This document shows positions 19,471 through 28,982 of a stretch of DNA of 64,000 nt, piece after piece. The notes under the pieces were generated by a model that saw only the letters and a program-made list of their open reading frames with translations, did not search any database and had not been told where the DNA came from. The translations under genes were made by a program, and so were the position numbers. Position 1 is the first letter of the stretch. The number at the start of each line of letters is the position of its first letter. Location of the stretch: NCBI GenBank assembly GCA_963674865.2, contig CAXXYE010000011.1, positions 192,001 to 256,000 of the forward strand, written 5' to 3'. The stretch comes from Candidatus Hydrogenedentota bacterium. Its GTDB lineage: Bacteria; Hydrogenedentota; Hydrogenedentia; Hydrogenedentales; SLHB01.

Positions 19471-20433
19471 ATGCTAGTGCCTGAGCGGCGGCGGGAACCT
19501 GTGCCCCGGACGATAGAGTCGCCCAGAGAGAGGAGTCGCCCTGCGTTTGGGCCGGGGAGCCTGCTGGCCTTCGTGCACATCGAGAAGGCCGCGGGGACGA
19601 CGCTCAACCGTGTCTTGCGTCGTAACTTCTTTCTACGGCACATGGACGTGCGCCCCCTCTCTCGCGACGCCAACAAGCTGTTTCGCGCCGAGGACCTACG
19701 CATCGTCCTTCGCGTCAACCCGTGGATTCGTTCGATTTCGGGGCACTCGGTGACGGCGTCGACTGACTTGAGTAGCGTTGTCCCGGATGTGCGGTACATC
19801 ACGCTCTTGAGGGAGCCGGCCCGACGCTATGTCTCCCATTACATCTACAGCAAAGACCGAACGCAGAAACACAGGGATTTTGAGGAATTCCTCGCTAAGA
19901 ACGTCTACTCCAACTTCCAGGTGAGAGCCCTTACGGGACCAAAGTTCGCCAAGCCCGGCCGCGTTGTTACGGAGGCGGACTTGCACGCCGCCCGAGAGAG
20001 CCTCTTGAAGAGATTCTGGCTGGTGGGAATTGTCGAGGAATTCGATGCCTTCATGCTTCAACTCAAACAGAAACTGGAACCCATGGCCTTCAATCCAGCC
20101 TACCGGCGGAGGAACGTGTCCGCACAGCGGCCGGGCGTGAACGCGGGCGAGGCGCAACGCATCCACGAGCAATACCGGGACGCTATCGCCGAGAACAACG
20201 CTCTGGACGAGCAACTCTATCGCTATGCGCGTGACACACTCCTACCGGCACAGAAGGCTGCCTACGGCCCTCGCTTTGTCGATGAGGTAGCTGCGTTGAG
20301 GGCCGCGCGGCGGCCTGGAGAAGCGCACCCAGTGAGAGCATCCGTGGACTTCGTCGCTAGGAAAACCTACTATGATCCGGCGCTCGGCTTGGTACGACGG
20401 CTTAACGGCCTGCCCTATCGCGGCACCTACTGA
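19471..20433 (+). CDS. Sulfotransferase (Sulfotransfer_2-like)
   Basis: 5'-PSB motif FVHIEKAAGTT and 3'-PB motif LLREPARRYVSHY; N.LD.QLY. Confidence 0.85.
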   Translation: MLVPERRREPVPRTIESPRERSRPAFGPGSLLAFVHIEKAAGTTLNRVLRRNFFLRHMDVRPLSRDANKLFRAEDLRIVLRVNPWIRSISGHSVTASTDLSSVVPDVRYITLLREPARRYVSHYIYSKDRTQKHRDFEEFLAKNVYSNFQVRALTGPKFAKPGRVVTEADLHAARESLLKRFWLVGIVEEFDAFMLQLKQKLEPMAFNPAYRRRNVSAQRPGVNAGEAQRIHEQYRDAIAENNALDEQLYRYARDTLLPAQKAAYGPRFVDEVAALRAARRPGEAHPVRASVDFVARKTYYDPALGLVRRLNGLPYRGTY

Positions 20434-20622
20434 GTAACGCCTAGAACATCCGAGGGGGCCTGGATGGGCGTATTCCTCAATGCTCCGTGAAATGCCCCCT
20501 CATACGGCGGCGGTGAATGACGGCCGGAACGGGATTTCGCGTGTGTTGGCGCGGCCGGAGCGGAAAGGAGAGGACAGTGGAAGAACGGAAATGCCCGGGT
20601 GCGCTCCAAGGATGGGAAGCGC

Positions 20623-21492
20623 ATGGCTGACGGACTGAGACTTCCGGATTTCATTATCGTAGGGGCGCAGAAGGCGGGTACAACATCCTTTTATTTCGCA
20701 CTGGCGGAGCATCCACGCGTATTTGCCGCGGAGCCAAAGGAGTTGGATTTTTTCCAGGACGACACGAACTACGCGCGCGGTGTGGAATGGTACGCGGCCC
20801 ACTTCAAAGACTGTCCCCCAGGGTATATTGCGGGGGAATCGAGTCCTGAGTACCTCCACTATGAACACGTGGCGGAGCGTATGGCCGAGGTTATCCCGCG
20901 GGTGAAGGTGATTGCCATCCTGCGGAATCCCATCGATAGGGCCTATTCCGGTTACTGGCACGGCGTTCGCGCGGCGGGTGAGAATCTCCCGTTTGAGCGT
21001 GCGGTCGAGCTCGAGAAGGAACGTACGGCGAACGACCCCTTCGCGTTGCGTTACTTCTCCTATGTTCAACGCGGGGAGTATGCCCGGCAGCTTGCCCCCT
21101 TCCTCGCGCATTTCGAACGCTCGCAAATTCTCGTCTTGCTCGCAGAGGAGTATTTCGCCGATCGCCGGCGCGCAATCTCCCAAGCTGCCGACTTCCTGGG
21201 CCTTTCATGTGACAACGACTTCCTGGAGCGCGCGAGCCGGGTGCATCTCAACAAGGGTGTTGTGCCCAGGGTGCGCAGGTTGCAGGAGTTATTCCCGAAG
21301 ATCAGGTGGCGGTTTCCTCGCTTGGCCCGGATGTGGTACCGACTTAACACGAAGGAGAAAACGGCCGCCGTCGCGATGCCGGCCGAGGTCCGTGCGCGGC
21401 TGGCGGGATTCTATGCCGAGGGCAACAGGGAGCTGGCATCCATGTTGGGCCGTGATCTTTCCGTCTGGGATGAGCCTGTCGAAGGGTCTTGA
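20623..21492 (+). CDS. Sulfotransferase (Sulfotransfer_1/3, heparan sulfate sulfotransferase-like motifs)
   Basis: PDFIIVGAQKAGTTS, KELDFF, GESSPEY and LRNPIDRAYSGY motifs. Confidence 0.9.
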   Translation: MADGLRLPDFIIVGAQKAGTTSFYFALAEHPRVFAAEPKELDFFQDDTNYARGVEWYAAHFKDCPPGYIAGESSPEYLHYEHVAERMAEVIPRVKVIAILRNPIDRAYSGYWHGVRAAGENLPFERAVELEKERTANDPFALRYFSYVQRGEYARQLAPFLAHFERSQILVLLAEEYFADRRRAISQAADFLGLSCDNDFLERASRVHLNKGVVPRVRRLQELFPKIRWRFPRLARMWYRLNTKEKTAAVAMPAEVRARLAGFYAEGNRELASMLGRDLSVWDEPVEGS

Positions 21493-21511
21493 TGTTGAGT
21501 TCTCTATTCAT

Positions 21512-22801
21512 ATGACGGCGCCAATCGAGCGTACGCGAGCCGAAGGGCGCTCCTTGAGAACCGCTGGACAGAGAGGCGTGGCTGTGCTGGCCGACCAAGC
21601 TGTTTTCAGCGCGACACGACTTCTTACCGGCGTGGTCATAGGACGCGCCTGCAGCCAGGAACAGCTAGGTTTCTATCTCCTTGGACTAAGCGTCATCGTC
21701 CTCGTTTCGGGCGTCCAGCGCTCGCTAATCAGTACGCCCTATACCGTCTTCTGTCAGCGCCTGAAGTCGACGGAGCTGGCGCGGTACACCGGCAGCGCCC
21801 TGCTTTGCCACCTGGCCCTTTCCGCGGTTTTCACCGTCTGCTTGGGCATGGCGAGCATAGTCCTTCACATTGCCGCTGCCCCCAGGGGGCTCGTTATCGT
21901 CTTGTCGGCGCTTGCCGCCGTGGTGACGCTTGTTCTCCTTCGTGACTTCGTACGGTATGTCCTTTTCGCCAGACTGCGGTTCGGGGCAGCCTTCGTATTG
22001 GATACGCTGGTTTCGCTCCTTCAACTGGGCGTTCTCTCGGCGCTGGCTTTCCGGGGCCATCTATCAGCAGGGAGAGCCGTTTGGGTGATCGGTGTTAGTG
22101 CTGGCGCAGTCTCGCTGGCCGTATTGATGCATGGACGAGGGCGTTTCACGTTCTCTCGCACGGCGGTGGCGGAGACATTTCGACGGCACTGGGCCTTTGG
22201 GCGATGGCTTTTCGCGGGCAGCATGTTCTACCTTCTGAGTTGGCAACTCTATCCGTGGCTGCTCACATTCTTCCACGGTGCGGCTGTTACGGGGGTGTTT
22301 GCCGCATGTACCGGTGTGCTGGGCATGTTGAATCCCCTTCTTCTGGGGATGCAGAACTACCTTAGCCCCGTGACGGCACGTGCCGCGCTTCAAGGGCCCA
22401 CGCGTCTCAACGCAGTGGTTTGGAAGGCTACGGCGGTTCTCTGCGTCGCCATAGGCCTATGGTGTTTGGTGGTGCTCGTGTTGGGGGATATCCCCGTGGT
22501 TCTTCTCTACGGGGAGAAGTTCAGAGGTAGCGCATCGGCCTTGAGGGTGTTATCCTTTAACCTACTTGCCGCGGCCCTAGGCTCGGCGCCTAGGTATGGG
22601 CTCCTGGCGATGGAGCGGCCGGGCCTCAATCTCCTCGCAAGTCTGGGAGGATTGGTGGCGACGCTCCTGCTGGGGCCGTTCTTGGTGAAGTACTTCGGCC
22701 TGCTGGGCGCCGCGTATGCGGCCCTTTTCAGCAGTGTCGTCGTGATGGGAGTCAGATGGACGGCTTTTCACATAGTGTTGAGGCCGCACGCAACGCCGTA
22801 G
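21512..22801 (+). CDS. wzx: Polysaccharide flippase (Wzx/MATE-like)
   Basis: Many hydrophobic segments; LADQAVFS, HWAFGRWL, LLYGEKF and GLLGAA motifs; located in the EPS cluster. Confidence 0.8.
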   Translation: MTAPIERTRAEGRSLRTAGQRGVAVLADQAVFSATRLLTGVVIGRACSQEQLGFYLLGLSVIVLVSGVQRSLISTPYTVFCQRLKSTELARYTGSALLCHLALSAVFTVCLGMASIVLHIAAAPRGLVIVLSALAAVVTLVLLRDFVRYVLFARLRFGAAFVLDTLVSLLQLGVLSALAFRGHLSAGRAVWVIGVSAGAVSLAVLMHGRGRFTFSRTAVAETFRRHWAFGRWLFAGSMFYLLSWQLYPWLLTFFHGAAVTGVFAACTGVLGMLNPLLLGMQNYLSPVTARAALQGPTRLNAVVWKATAVLCVAIGLWCLVVLVLGDIPVVLLYGEKFRGSASALRVLSFNLLAAALGSAPRYGLLAMERPGLNLLASLGGLVATLLLGPFLVKYFGLLGAAYAALFSSVVVMGVRWTAFHIVLRPHATP

Positions 22802-22814
22802 CACGGCGGGTGAC

Positions 22815-24125
22815 ATGATGGTATGCCAGGATAGAGAGGCTGTGCCGCGTACAGACAAGCGGCCGTGGCTGTCCTTTGCGTTTCTCACACTTGCCATCTT
22901 CCTGGCTGCGCACAACCTCAGCATCTCGATTCAGGAATCATTCGGGCGGGGCACCGCGGAATCCATTGCTTCACGAACCGCCGAAGGCAATCCTGTTCGG
23001 CGTGTCGTATTTCTATTGCTGGGCGCTTGGGGGCTCGTCAGCCTGTTCCGCGTAAGGCGAGGCGCTTTTCGTGTGCGCGGCTTCCTAGGATGGGCCATTC
23101 TGCTGTATGTGCTGTGGTGTCTTGGGAGCTATATCTGGGCTCAGAATGAGTCCTTGGCTCTTCGCAGACTCGTGGTTTTCGCCATGTTCCTGCTGGCGGC
23201 CCTGGCGGTGGCGGGGCGCTTCTCCCGTCGCGATATTCTGATGTTTCTGCTTGTCGCCTCGTTGTCCTATCTTGTTGTGGGCTTCCTTGCGGAAGTCGTG
23301 CACGGCACTTTTCAGCCGCTTTCGCAAGGCTATCGCTTCAGCGGGAGTGTTCATCCCAATGCCCAAGGGCGGAACTGCGGCCTTATTCTGCTTGCCGGTT
23401 TCGCGGCGGCGCATGGCGCGGCGAAATGGCGGCGCCTGCCGCTTGGGATCGCGTCGGTCGCGCTGGTCTTCCTTGTCCTCACGGGATCGCGTGCGGCCTT
23501 CAGCAGCGCCATTGCCGCCTCGTTCTTCTATCTCATGCTCGTCTTCACGGGCCCCCGCAAGTTCTCTCTTGTGCTAGCGATTTCGCTGGTGTTAAGTATC
23601 TTATTGCTCATTGCCGGCGAAGCGTCCCTGAGAGAAGGCGTTCTCCTGGGGCGTGGAGATTCGCCCGAGTCCGTGGCAACGCTAACCGGGCGCACGGCTA
23701 TCTGGAAAGACTGCCTGCCCTATATCGGTGAACGGCCTATCCTTGGCTACGGATACGCGAGCTTCTGGGGGCCTCGTGAGATCGATGAGATCTCTCACGG
23801 CCAGCAATGGGCGCTCCAAAACGCCCACTGCAACTATGTGGACATGTTGCTTCAGTTGGGCGTGGTGGGCTTGGCGCTCTTCCTCCTCGTTTGGGGATGC
23901 GGGATTGCACGCGCCTTGTTCCGCTTCCAAAGAAGTCGCGACCCTGTCTACGCTTTCTTTGCCGCCTTCCTGCTTTTCTGCATGATGGTGTGCGTCTTCG
24001 AGTCCATCTACCTCAGCGTTTCGCACATCGTGTTTGGCAGTTTCGCCGTCTTGGCTTACCTCGGTTTCCGCGAAGACGAGGAACTGCGGCGCGGCGCGGA
24101 GGAATTGCCCGATGCTCATGCCTGA
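22815..24125 (+). CDS. O-antigen ligase / Wzy polymerase-family membrane protein
   Basis: HPN..G, LTGSR, TLTGR.AIW, P.LGYGY..FW and AHCNYV..L.QLG.VG motifs. Confidence 0.88.
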   Translation: MMVCQDREAVPRTDKRPWLSFAFLTLAIFLAAHNLSISIQESFGRGTAESIASRTAEGNPVRRVVFLLLGAWGLVSLFRVRRGAFRVRGFLGWAILLYVLWCLGSYIWAQNESLALRRLVVFAMFLLAALAVAGRFSRRDILMFLLVASLSYLVVGFLAEVVHGTFQPLSQGYRFSGSVHPNAQGRNCGLILLAGFAAAHGAAKWRRLPLGIASVALVFLVLTGSRAAFSSAIAASFFYLMLVFTGPRKFSLVLAISLVLSILLLIAGEASLREGVLLGRGDSPESVATLTGRTAIWKDCLPYIGERPILGYGYASFWGPREIDEISHGQQWALQNAHCNYVDMLLQLGVVGLALFLLVWGCGIARALFRFQRSRDPVYAFFAAFLLFCMMVCVFESIYLSVSHIVFGSFAVLAYLGFREDEELRRGAEELPDAHA

Positions 24126-24196
24126 GTACGCCCCATGGCTGCCGCGGCTACGGGGGGCGGCCCCGGGCTTCGTAATGCGCGAAGCGGACTAGTCCG

Positions 24197-25213
24197 ATGG
24201 AAGTCCCGCTCATCACCGTGCTCATCCCCACCTACAATCGTGCAGGGATGCTCCACGACGCCCTCGAAAGTGTCATGGCGCAAAGGCACAACGGCCGGTT
24301 CGACTACGAAATTGTCGTGGTGGATAACGCTTCGACGGATGACACGAAGGCGGTTGTCGAGGGTATGGCGCAGGGCTCGCGCGTGCCGGTTAAGTACGTG
24401 CACGAGCCCCAACCGGGTGTTGCCCAGGCCAGGAACACCGGACTCCGCAGATCGCAGGGCGCCTGGATAGCCTTTATGGATGATGACGAATATGCCGAGC
24501 CTGATTGGCTTGGCGAACTCTACGATGCGGCCGCGGAAACGGGTGCGCCCCATGTCGGCGGGGCGGTGCACCTCGATTTGCCCGAGGCCCAGTTAAGGCA
24601 GATCGCGCCCGGCTGTCGAAGGACTATTCTCCGTGAGCGCGCGGCCTCCGAGGAGAGTGGCACGCCCCGGCTTTTTGGCCGTCGCGAGTTCCCCGGCACG
24701 GATAACCAACTTGTCAAGCGCGAGGTGTTTGACGCCGTGGGCGATTTCGACGGAAACATGCGCTGGGGGAGTTCCGATATGGATTTTGCCTTGCGCGTGC
24801 GCGCCGCGGGCTATCAGCAGTGGCTTGCGCCGAAGTCGGTTGTGTACCATCGGACACCGCCGAATCGATTGACGCGGGAGTACTTTCGATTCAGCGAACT
24901 CAAGACAGGACTTGGGCTTGCCTACTTCGATCACCGGTACCGAGGCCCTGTGCGGATGCTTCTGCTGTGGCTCGCGCGCACGGGACAGGCCTTCCTCGTT
25001 TTCTTGCCGCGCTATCTCATGTGGACTGTCGCCCGAGATCACGTCCGGACGCTTGAGCAAAGGTGCCTATTGTGGCGTTTCGCTGGATACTCGCGTGAAG
25101 CCTTAGCGTTGCTCGGCCCGAAACTCTTCAAGCAGCGAAGATTTTTCGAGTCAGTGGAGTTCAGGAAAGGCGTGACAAAGGGCGTTCCCGCTGAAAAGGG
25201 TTCCTCGTCATAG
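24197..25213 (+). CDS. Glycosyltransferase family 2
   Basis: VLIPTYNR, VVVDNASTD, ARNTG and AFMDDD motifs. Confidence 0.92.
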   Translation: MEVPLITVLIPTYNRAGMLHDALESVMAQRHNGRFDYEIVVVDNASTDDTKAVVEGMAQGSRVPVKYVHEPQPGVAQARNTGLRRSQGAWIAFMDDDEYAEPDWLGELYDAAAETGAPHVGGAVHLDLPEAQLRQIAPGCRRTILRERAASEESGTPRLFGRREFPGTDNQLVKREVFDAVGDFDGNMRWGSSDMDFALRVRAAGYQQWLAPKSVVYHRTPPNRLTREYFRFSELKTGLGLAYFDHRYRGPVRMLLLWLARTGQAFLVFLPRYLMWTVARDHVRTLEQRCLLWRFAGYSREALALLGPKLFKQRRFFESVEFRKGVTKGVPAEKGSSS

Positions 25214-25229
25214 GTATGGAAAGCTGGCA

Positions 25230-25838
25230 ATGATACGCTCTTATCAAGATTACTTGTATTATCTCGAATGTGATCGCTTATCGCTCGAGCAGACACGAAA
25301 ACGGCCCAGACTGTTTCGTGATGAAGAATGGCGCTACCAAAGAGCCCTAAGGCGCGTCGAATATCTCCAGAACTGCAAGCACGGCCCCTTCGGCGGACTG
25401 CTTCTGGTGATGGCGAAATTCCATCTGCATCGCCTCTCCGTGATGACAGGTTTTCACATCCCCCTGAACGTTTTCGGTCCCGGCCTCTCTCTGGCCCACT
25501 ACGGCAGCACCACGGGAGCCAATACGGGCTCCCGAATAGGGGCAAACTGCAGGATCCAGGCGGGGGTCATGATCGGCACGGAGGCCGGAGCGCAGGACCA
25601 CGCCCCGCTCATCGGCAACAATGTCTATATCGGCCCGGGGGCCAAGATCTTCGGCCCCATTCGCATTGCCGATGGCATTGCCATCGGGGCCAACGCCGTT
25701 GTCAACAAGTCCTTCGAGGAGCCGAACATCACCATAGGAGGCATTCCCGCGAAGAAGATAAGCGATAAGGGTTCGGAGGGACTGATGATCCGCGGATGCG
25801 GGGACGAGGAGCGTATGAAGGAATGGGCGATTCCCTGA
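25230..25838 (+). CDS. Hexapeptide-repeat O-acetyltransferase (serine acetyltransferase/WcaB-like)
   Basis: FGPGLSLAH, IGANCRI, IGNNVYIGPGAKI, IGANAVV and GGIPAK motifs. Confidence 0.88.
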   Translation: MIRSYQDYLYYLECDRLSLEQTRKRPRLFRDEEWRYQRALRRVEYLQNCKHGPFGGLLLVMAKFHLHRLSVMTGFHIPLNVFGPGLSLAHYGSTTGANTGSRIGANCRIQAGVMIGTEAGAQDHAPLIGNNVYIGPGAKIFGPIRIADGIAIGANAVVNKSFEEPNITIGGIPAKKISDKGSEGLMIRGCGDEERMKEWAIP

Positions 25839-25848
25839 GGCCGGTCCC

Positions 25849-27012
25849 TTGAAGATACTGTCGCTTTACAACGACTACCGGAGTGTTCACGGCGGGGAGA
25901 AAGCCGTCGTGGATACCACTGCGGCCCTGGCGCCGAAATACGGCATGCAGGTTGAAGTGGCCACTCGCTCGAGCAAGGACCTCGGGGAGAGCTTTGCCGG
26001 CAAGGTTGGGGCGTTTTTCAGCGGCATCTATAGCCGCAAGGCATACGCCGAAATGGATGCGCTCCTGGCGCGGGAGCGCCCCGATGTGGTCCACGCGCAC
26101 AATCTCTACCCTCTCTTTTCCCCGTCTGTACTGGTGGCCGCACGCCGCGCGGGCGTTCCTACCGTCATGAGTGTCCACAACTACGGGCTGGTTTGTCCAC
26201 ACTGGGCGCATCTTCGCAAGGGCCAAGTCTGTGAGCGCTGCGTTGGGGGGCGTCCCTACTGGTGCGCCCTGCTGAATTGTCGGGAGAACATGGGCGAGAG
26301 CATCGGTTATGCTCTCAGGAGCGCGTTTGCCCAGGCATTCCACCTCTTCCGAGACAACGTGACGATCTTCATTGCCCTGACCCATTTCGCCAAAGAGCGG
26401 CTGGCCGCTGCTGGATACGCCAAAGAGCGAATCGAGGTGCTGCCGAACATGGTGGCTCTCCCCGAGTCGGTGGCCGACCCGGCCACTGGGGAATACGCTG
26501 CCTTCGCGGGCCGCCTGAGTCCTGAAAAGGGAGGGAACACGCTGCTGGCGGCGGCCCATCTGCTTCCTGATATCCCCCTGCGTCTTGCTGGCGATGGGCC
26601 CAGCAAAGGCGCGTGGGAGTCCCTGGCGCCGGCAAACGCACGTTTCGCGGGAGTGCTGCGCGGGCCGGAGATGGCGGACTTTTATCGAGGCGCGCGGTTT
26701 CTGGTGGTGCCCAGCCGGTGGTTTGAGATGTGCCCGTTGGTCATTCTCGAAGCGATGGCCAATGGGCTGCCTGTAATTGCCTCCAATATCGGCGGTTTGC
26801 CAGAGCTGGTGGACGATGGCGTCACGGGGCTTCTCTTCGAGCCCGCGGAGGCAGAGGACCTGGCCGCGAAGATGAGGAGGCTCTGGGAAGATCCTGACAT
26901 GTGCCGCGCCATGGGCCGGGCGGCCCGCGAAAGAGCCACTCGCGAGCATGGGGAGGAACACTACTTCAAGCGGCTGCGCGCCATCTATGACCGCGCCGTT
27001 TCATATGTCTGA
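25849..27012 (+). CDS. Glycosyltransferase family 4
   Basis: PDVVHAHN, GRLSPEKG and E.CPLVILEAMANGLPVIAS..GG..E motifs. Confidence 0.92.
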   Translation: MKILSLYNDYRSVHGGEKAVVDTTAALAPKYGMQVEVATRSSKDLGESFAGKVGAFFSGIYSRKAYAEMDALLARERPDVVHAHNLYPLFSPSVLVAARRAGVPTVMSVHNYGLVCPHWAHLRKGQVCERCVGGRPYWCALLNCRENMGESIGYALRSAFAQAFHLFRDNVTIFIALTHFAKERLAAAGYAKERIEVLPNMVALPESVADPATGEYAAFAGRLSPEKGGNTLLAAAHLLPDIPLRLAGDGPSKGAWESLAPANARFAGVLRGPEMADFYRGARFLVVPSRWFEMCPLVILEAMANGLPVIASNIGGLPELVDDGVTGLLFEPAEAEDLAAKMRRLWEDPDMCRAMGRAARERATREHGEEHYFKRLRAIYDRAVSYV

Positions 27013-27350
27013 ACTGCTGCTATGGGCGTGATGTATTGGGAAAGAGCCGCGGCGGCGCGACGGCCACGAAAGCATCAGTTCATCCAGACGCCGGCATGCA
27101 GGTTTTCGATGGAGCCGCATTTCGACGTTTTCTTCCGGTAGCATCTTCCCGTTCCGTTGGGCGTGTACCCGCATCAGAGGCACAGGATGGGATAGCTGAA
27201 CACGAGCGTGACAAGGCCCGCGCGGAAAACACGTTGAGGCGCGCGAATCTGCTATCCTGTAGGCGGCGCCTGGCCGCGTGGTGATGATTGCGGCGTGTGT
27301 CAGACTCAGGAAGTTGGGTGAGGGTCTCCAAGGAGACGAGAGGGAGGGCA

Positions 27351-28577
27351 ATGGACGTACGTCAACCGCTTAACCTCCTCTGCGTAACGAATCACCGCCG
27401 CTTCAAGAGTGTCTTCCGTGCGCAGCCTTGGGCGCGCGAACTGGCCGTGCGTGGGCACCACGTCGATGTCATCTGCCACGCGGACACGGAACGCTGGCGC
27501 ACAAAGATCGAACACGTCGACGGCTTTCGAGTTGTCGAAAGCCCGGATCTCATGGTTGGCTCGCTGCGCCAGGGGTGGGATCCTGTCTGCGCCTTTCGCC
27601 GCCGCCGGTTTCTTTTCCGCGAAGACAAGCACTACGACCTGATTCAATGTTTCGACACGCGTCCCGCCGTCGTCTGGCCCGCACTAGCCTATGCCCGTGC
27701 GAAGCACATACCCATCGTCAGCGACTGGAGCGACTGGTGGGGAAGAGGGGGCCTCATCAGAGAGCGGCGCCCCCTTTGGTATCAGTACTTCTTCGCTTGG
27801 CTCGAAGTCTTCTTCGAAGAGCACTACCGCAAGAAGCTTGACGGACTCAGCGCTATCAGCCACGCCTTGCTTGATCGAGCGCTTGAGCTTGGCGTGCCTC
27901 GCGAGCGATGCCATCGCATTCCCGGCGGGGTTAACCTCGATGTGTTCTCAGAAGTCTTTCCCAGAGACGAGAGCAGGGCGCGGCAGGGGATTCCCCTGGA
28001 TGTTCCCGTCCTCTGCTTCTCCGGCCTTGACGTTCTCATCGATCTGGGGATGGCCGTAAACGCCTATGAGATTGTCCGCAGCTCCTTCCCGGGGACCATC
28101 CTGCTGCTCACCGGCGGCGCCACGGAGCGGGTGGTGCGGCGAATGCTGCGTGACCCCGCTAACATGTCTGGGGTCAAGGTCTTGGGCGTGCTTCCGTATA
28201 GGGAATTGCCGTCGCATCTCGCTGCGGCGGATGTGTTCCTCATGCCCTTCCCGGACAAGATAGCCAACGTTGGGCGCTGGCCCAACAAGATCGGTGACTA
28301 CATGTGCTTGGGGCGTCCTACGGTGTCCAATCCCGTCGGCGAGGTCAAGTGGCTTTTCGAGCAATACCATGTCGGCCTCCTCGCTGAGGCGACGCCGGAA
28401 AGCATGGCCGATGCGGCGCTCCGCCTCTTGCGCGATCCGGAGCTTGCTCGCACGATGGGTGAGACCGCGCGCAAGACGGCCGAAGAAGGCTTTTCGTGGA
28501 GCAAGCTCGTGGATGACCTGGAAGATTGGTACTACGAGCTTATTCGAGCCGACGGGAGTGTCGACCCCGAGGAATGA
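27351..28577 (+). CDS. Glycosyltransferase family 4
   Basis: LAVRGHHVDV, AADVFLMP, PNKIGDYMCLGRPTV and FSW motifs; ATG follows GGAGGG. Confidence 0.88.
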   Translation: MDVRQPLNLLCVTNHRRFKSVFRAQPWARELAVRGHHVDVICHADTERWRTKIEHVDGFRVVESPDLMVGSLRQGWDPVCAFRRRRFLFREDKHYDLIQCFDTRPAVVWPALAYARAKHIPIVSDWSDWWGRGGLIRERRPLWYQYFFAWLEVFFEEHYRKKLDGLSAISHALLDRALELGVPRERCHRIPGGVNLDVFSEVFPRDESRARQGIPLDVPVLCFSGLDVLIDLGMAVNAYEIVRSSFPGTILLLTGGATERVVRRMLRDPANMSGVKVLGVLPYRELPSHLAAADVFLMPFPDKIANVGRWPNKIGDYMCLGRPTVSNPVGEVKWLFEQYHVGLLAEATPESMADAALRLLRDPELARTMGETARKTAEEGFSWSKLVDDLEDWYYELIRADGSVDPEE

Positions 28578-28689
28578 GTGGGCGTCCTCGGGGGACCTGT
28601 GGGGAAGTCCAAACAAATTGTCGGCCGTGCAATAGGCGCATAAAGCGCATTATATTTAGTCTTGTGAAGTAATAAATATGCCAAAAACA

Positions 28690-28718
28690 TTTACAAAAAC
28701 CGTCGCACCTGCTATAGT
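28690..28718 (+). promoter_or_regulatory. Sigma70-type promoter of the giant-protein gene
   Basis: TTTACA-17 nt-TATAGT with extended -10 TG (TGCTATAGT), preceded by an AT-rich UP-like tract at 28640-28690. Confidence 0.65.
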
Positions 28719-28982
28719 CTCCTAGGCTTATTCTGGCGCATTTGCAGGTGGGGTTTCGGGCAGGAGTGATTGAATGTTCCTCAAAGATGGCCGGCTACGT
28801 AAGTGTTGCTCTTCCGTGGCCCGGGGGACGCTCTCACCGGCTGGGATTGAATAGGTTATCGCAAGAGCTGGACCTTTCGCGGTCCAGGTGAGGGGCTCGT
28901 AAGCTTGCTTCAATTGGCTGTATCTTCATCCGCGTAAGCCGCGGGTTGAGGAATCGTTGATAAAGACTAAGAGGGACTGACG

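Noticed and set aside
20912..21511. 200-aa N-terminal extension of the flippase ORF
   Set aside because: It overlaps the sulfotransferase in another frame and has shadow-ORF composition; the ATG at 21512 fits better.
27013..27350. Small ORFs and a possible TGCTATCCT extended -10 between the two GT4 genes
   Set aside because: The ORFs have no motifs and the promoter lacks a correctly spaced -35; support is too weak.
10606..28577. PEP-CTERM/exosortase system, suggested by the ExeA-like ATPase in an EPS locus
   Set aside because: No exosortase gene and no protein ending in VPEP-TM-basic tail in the window.
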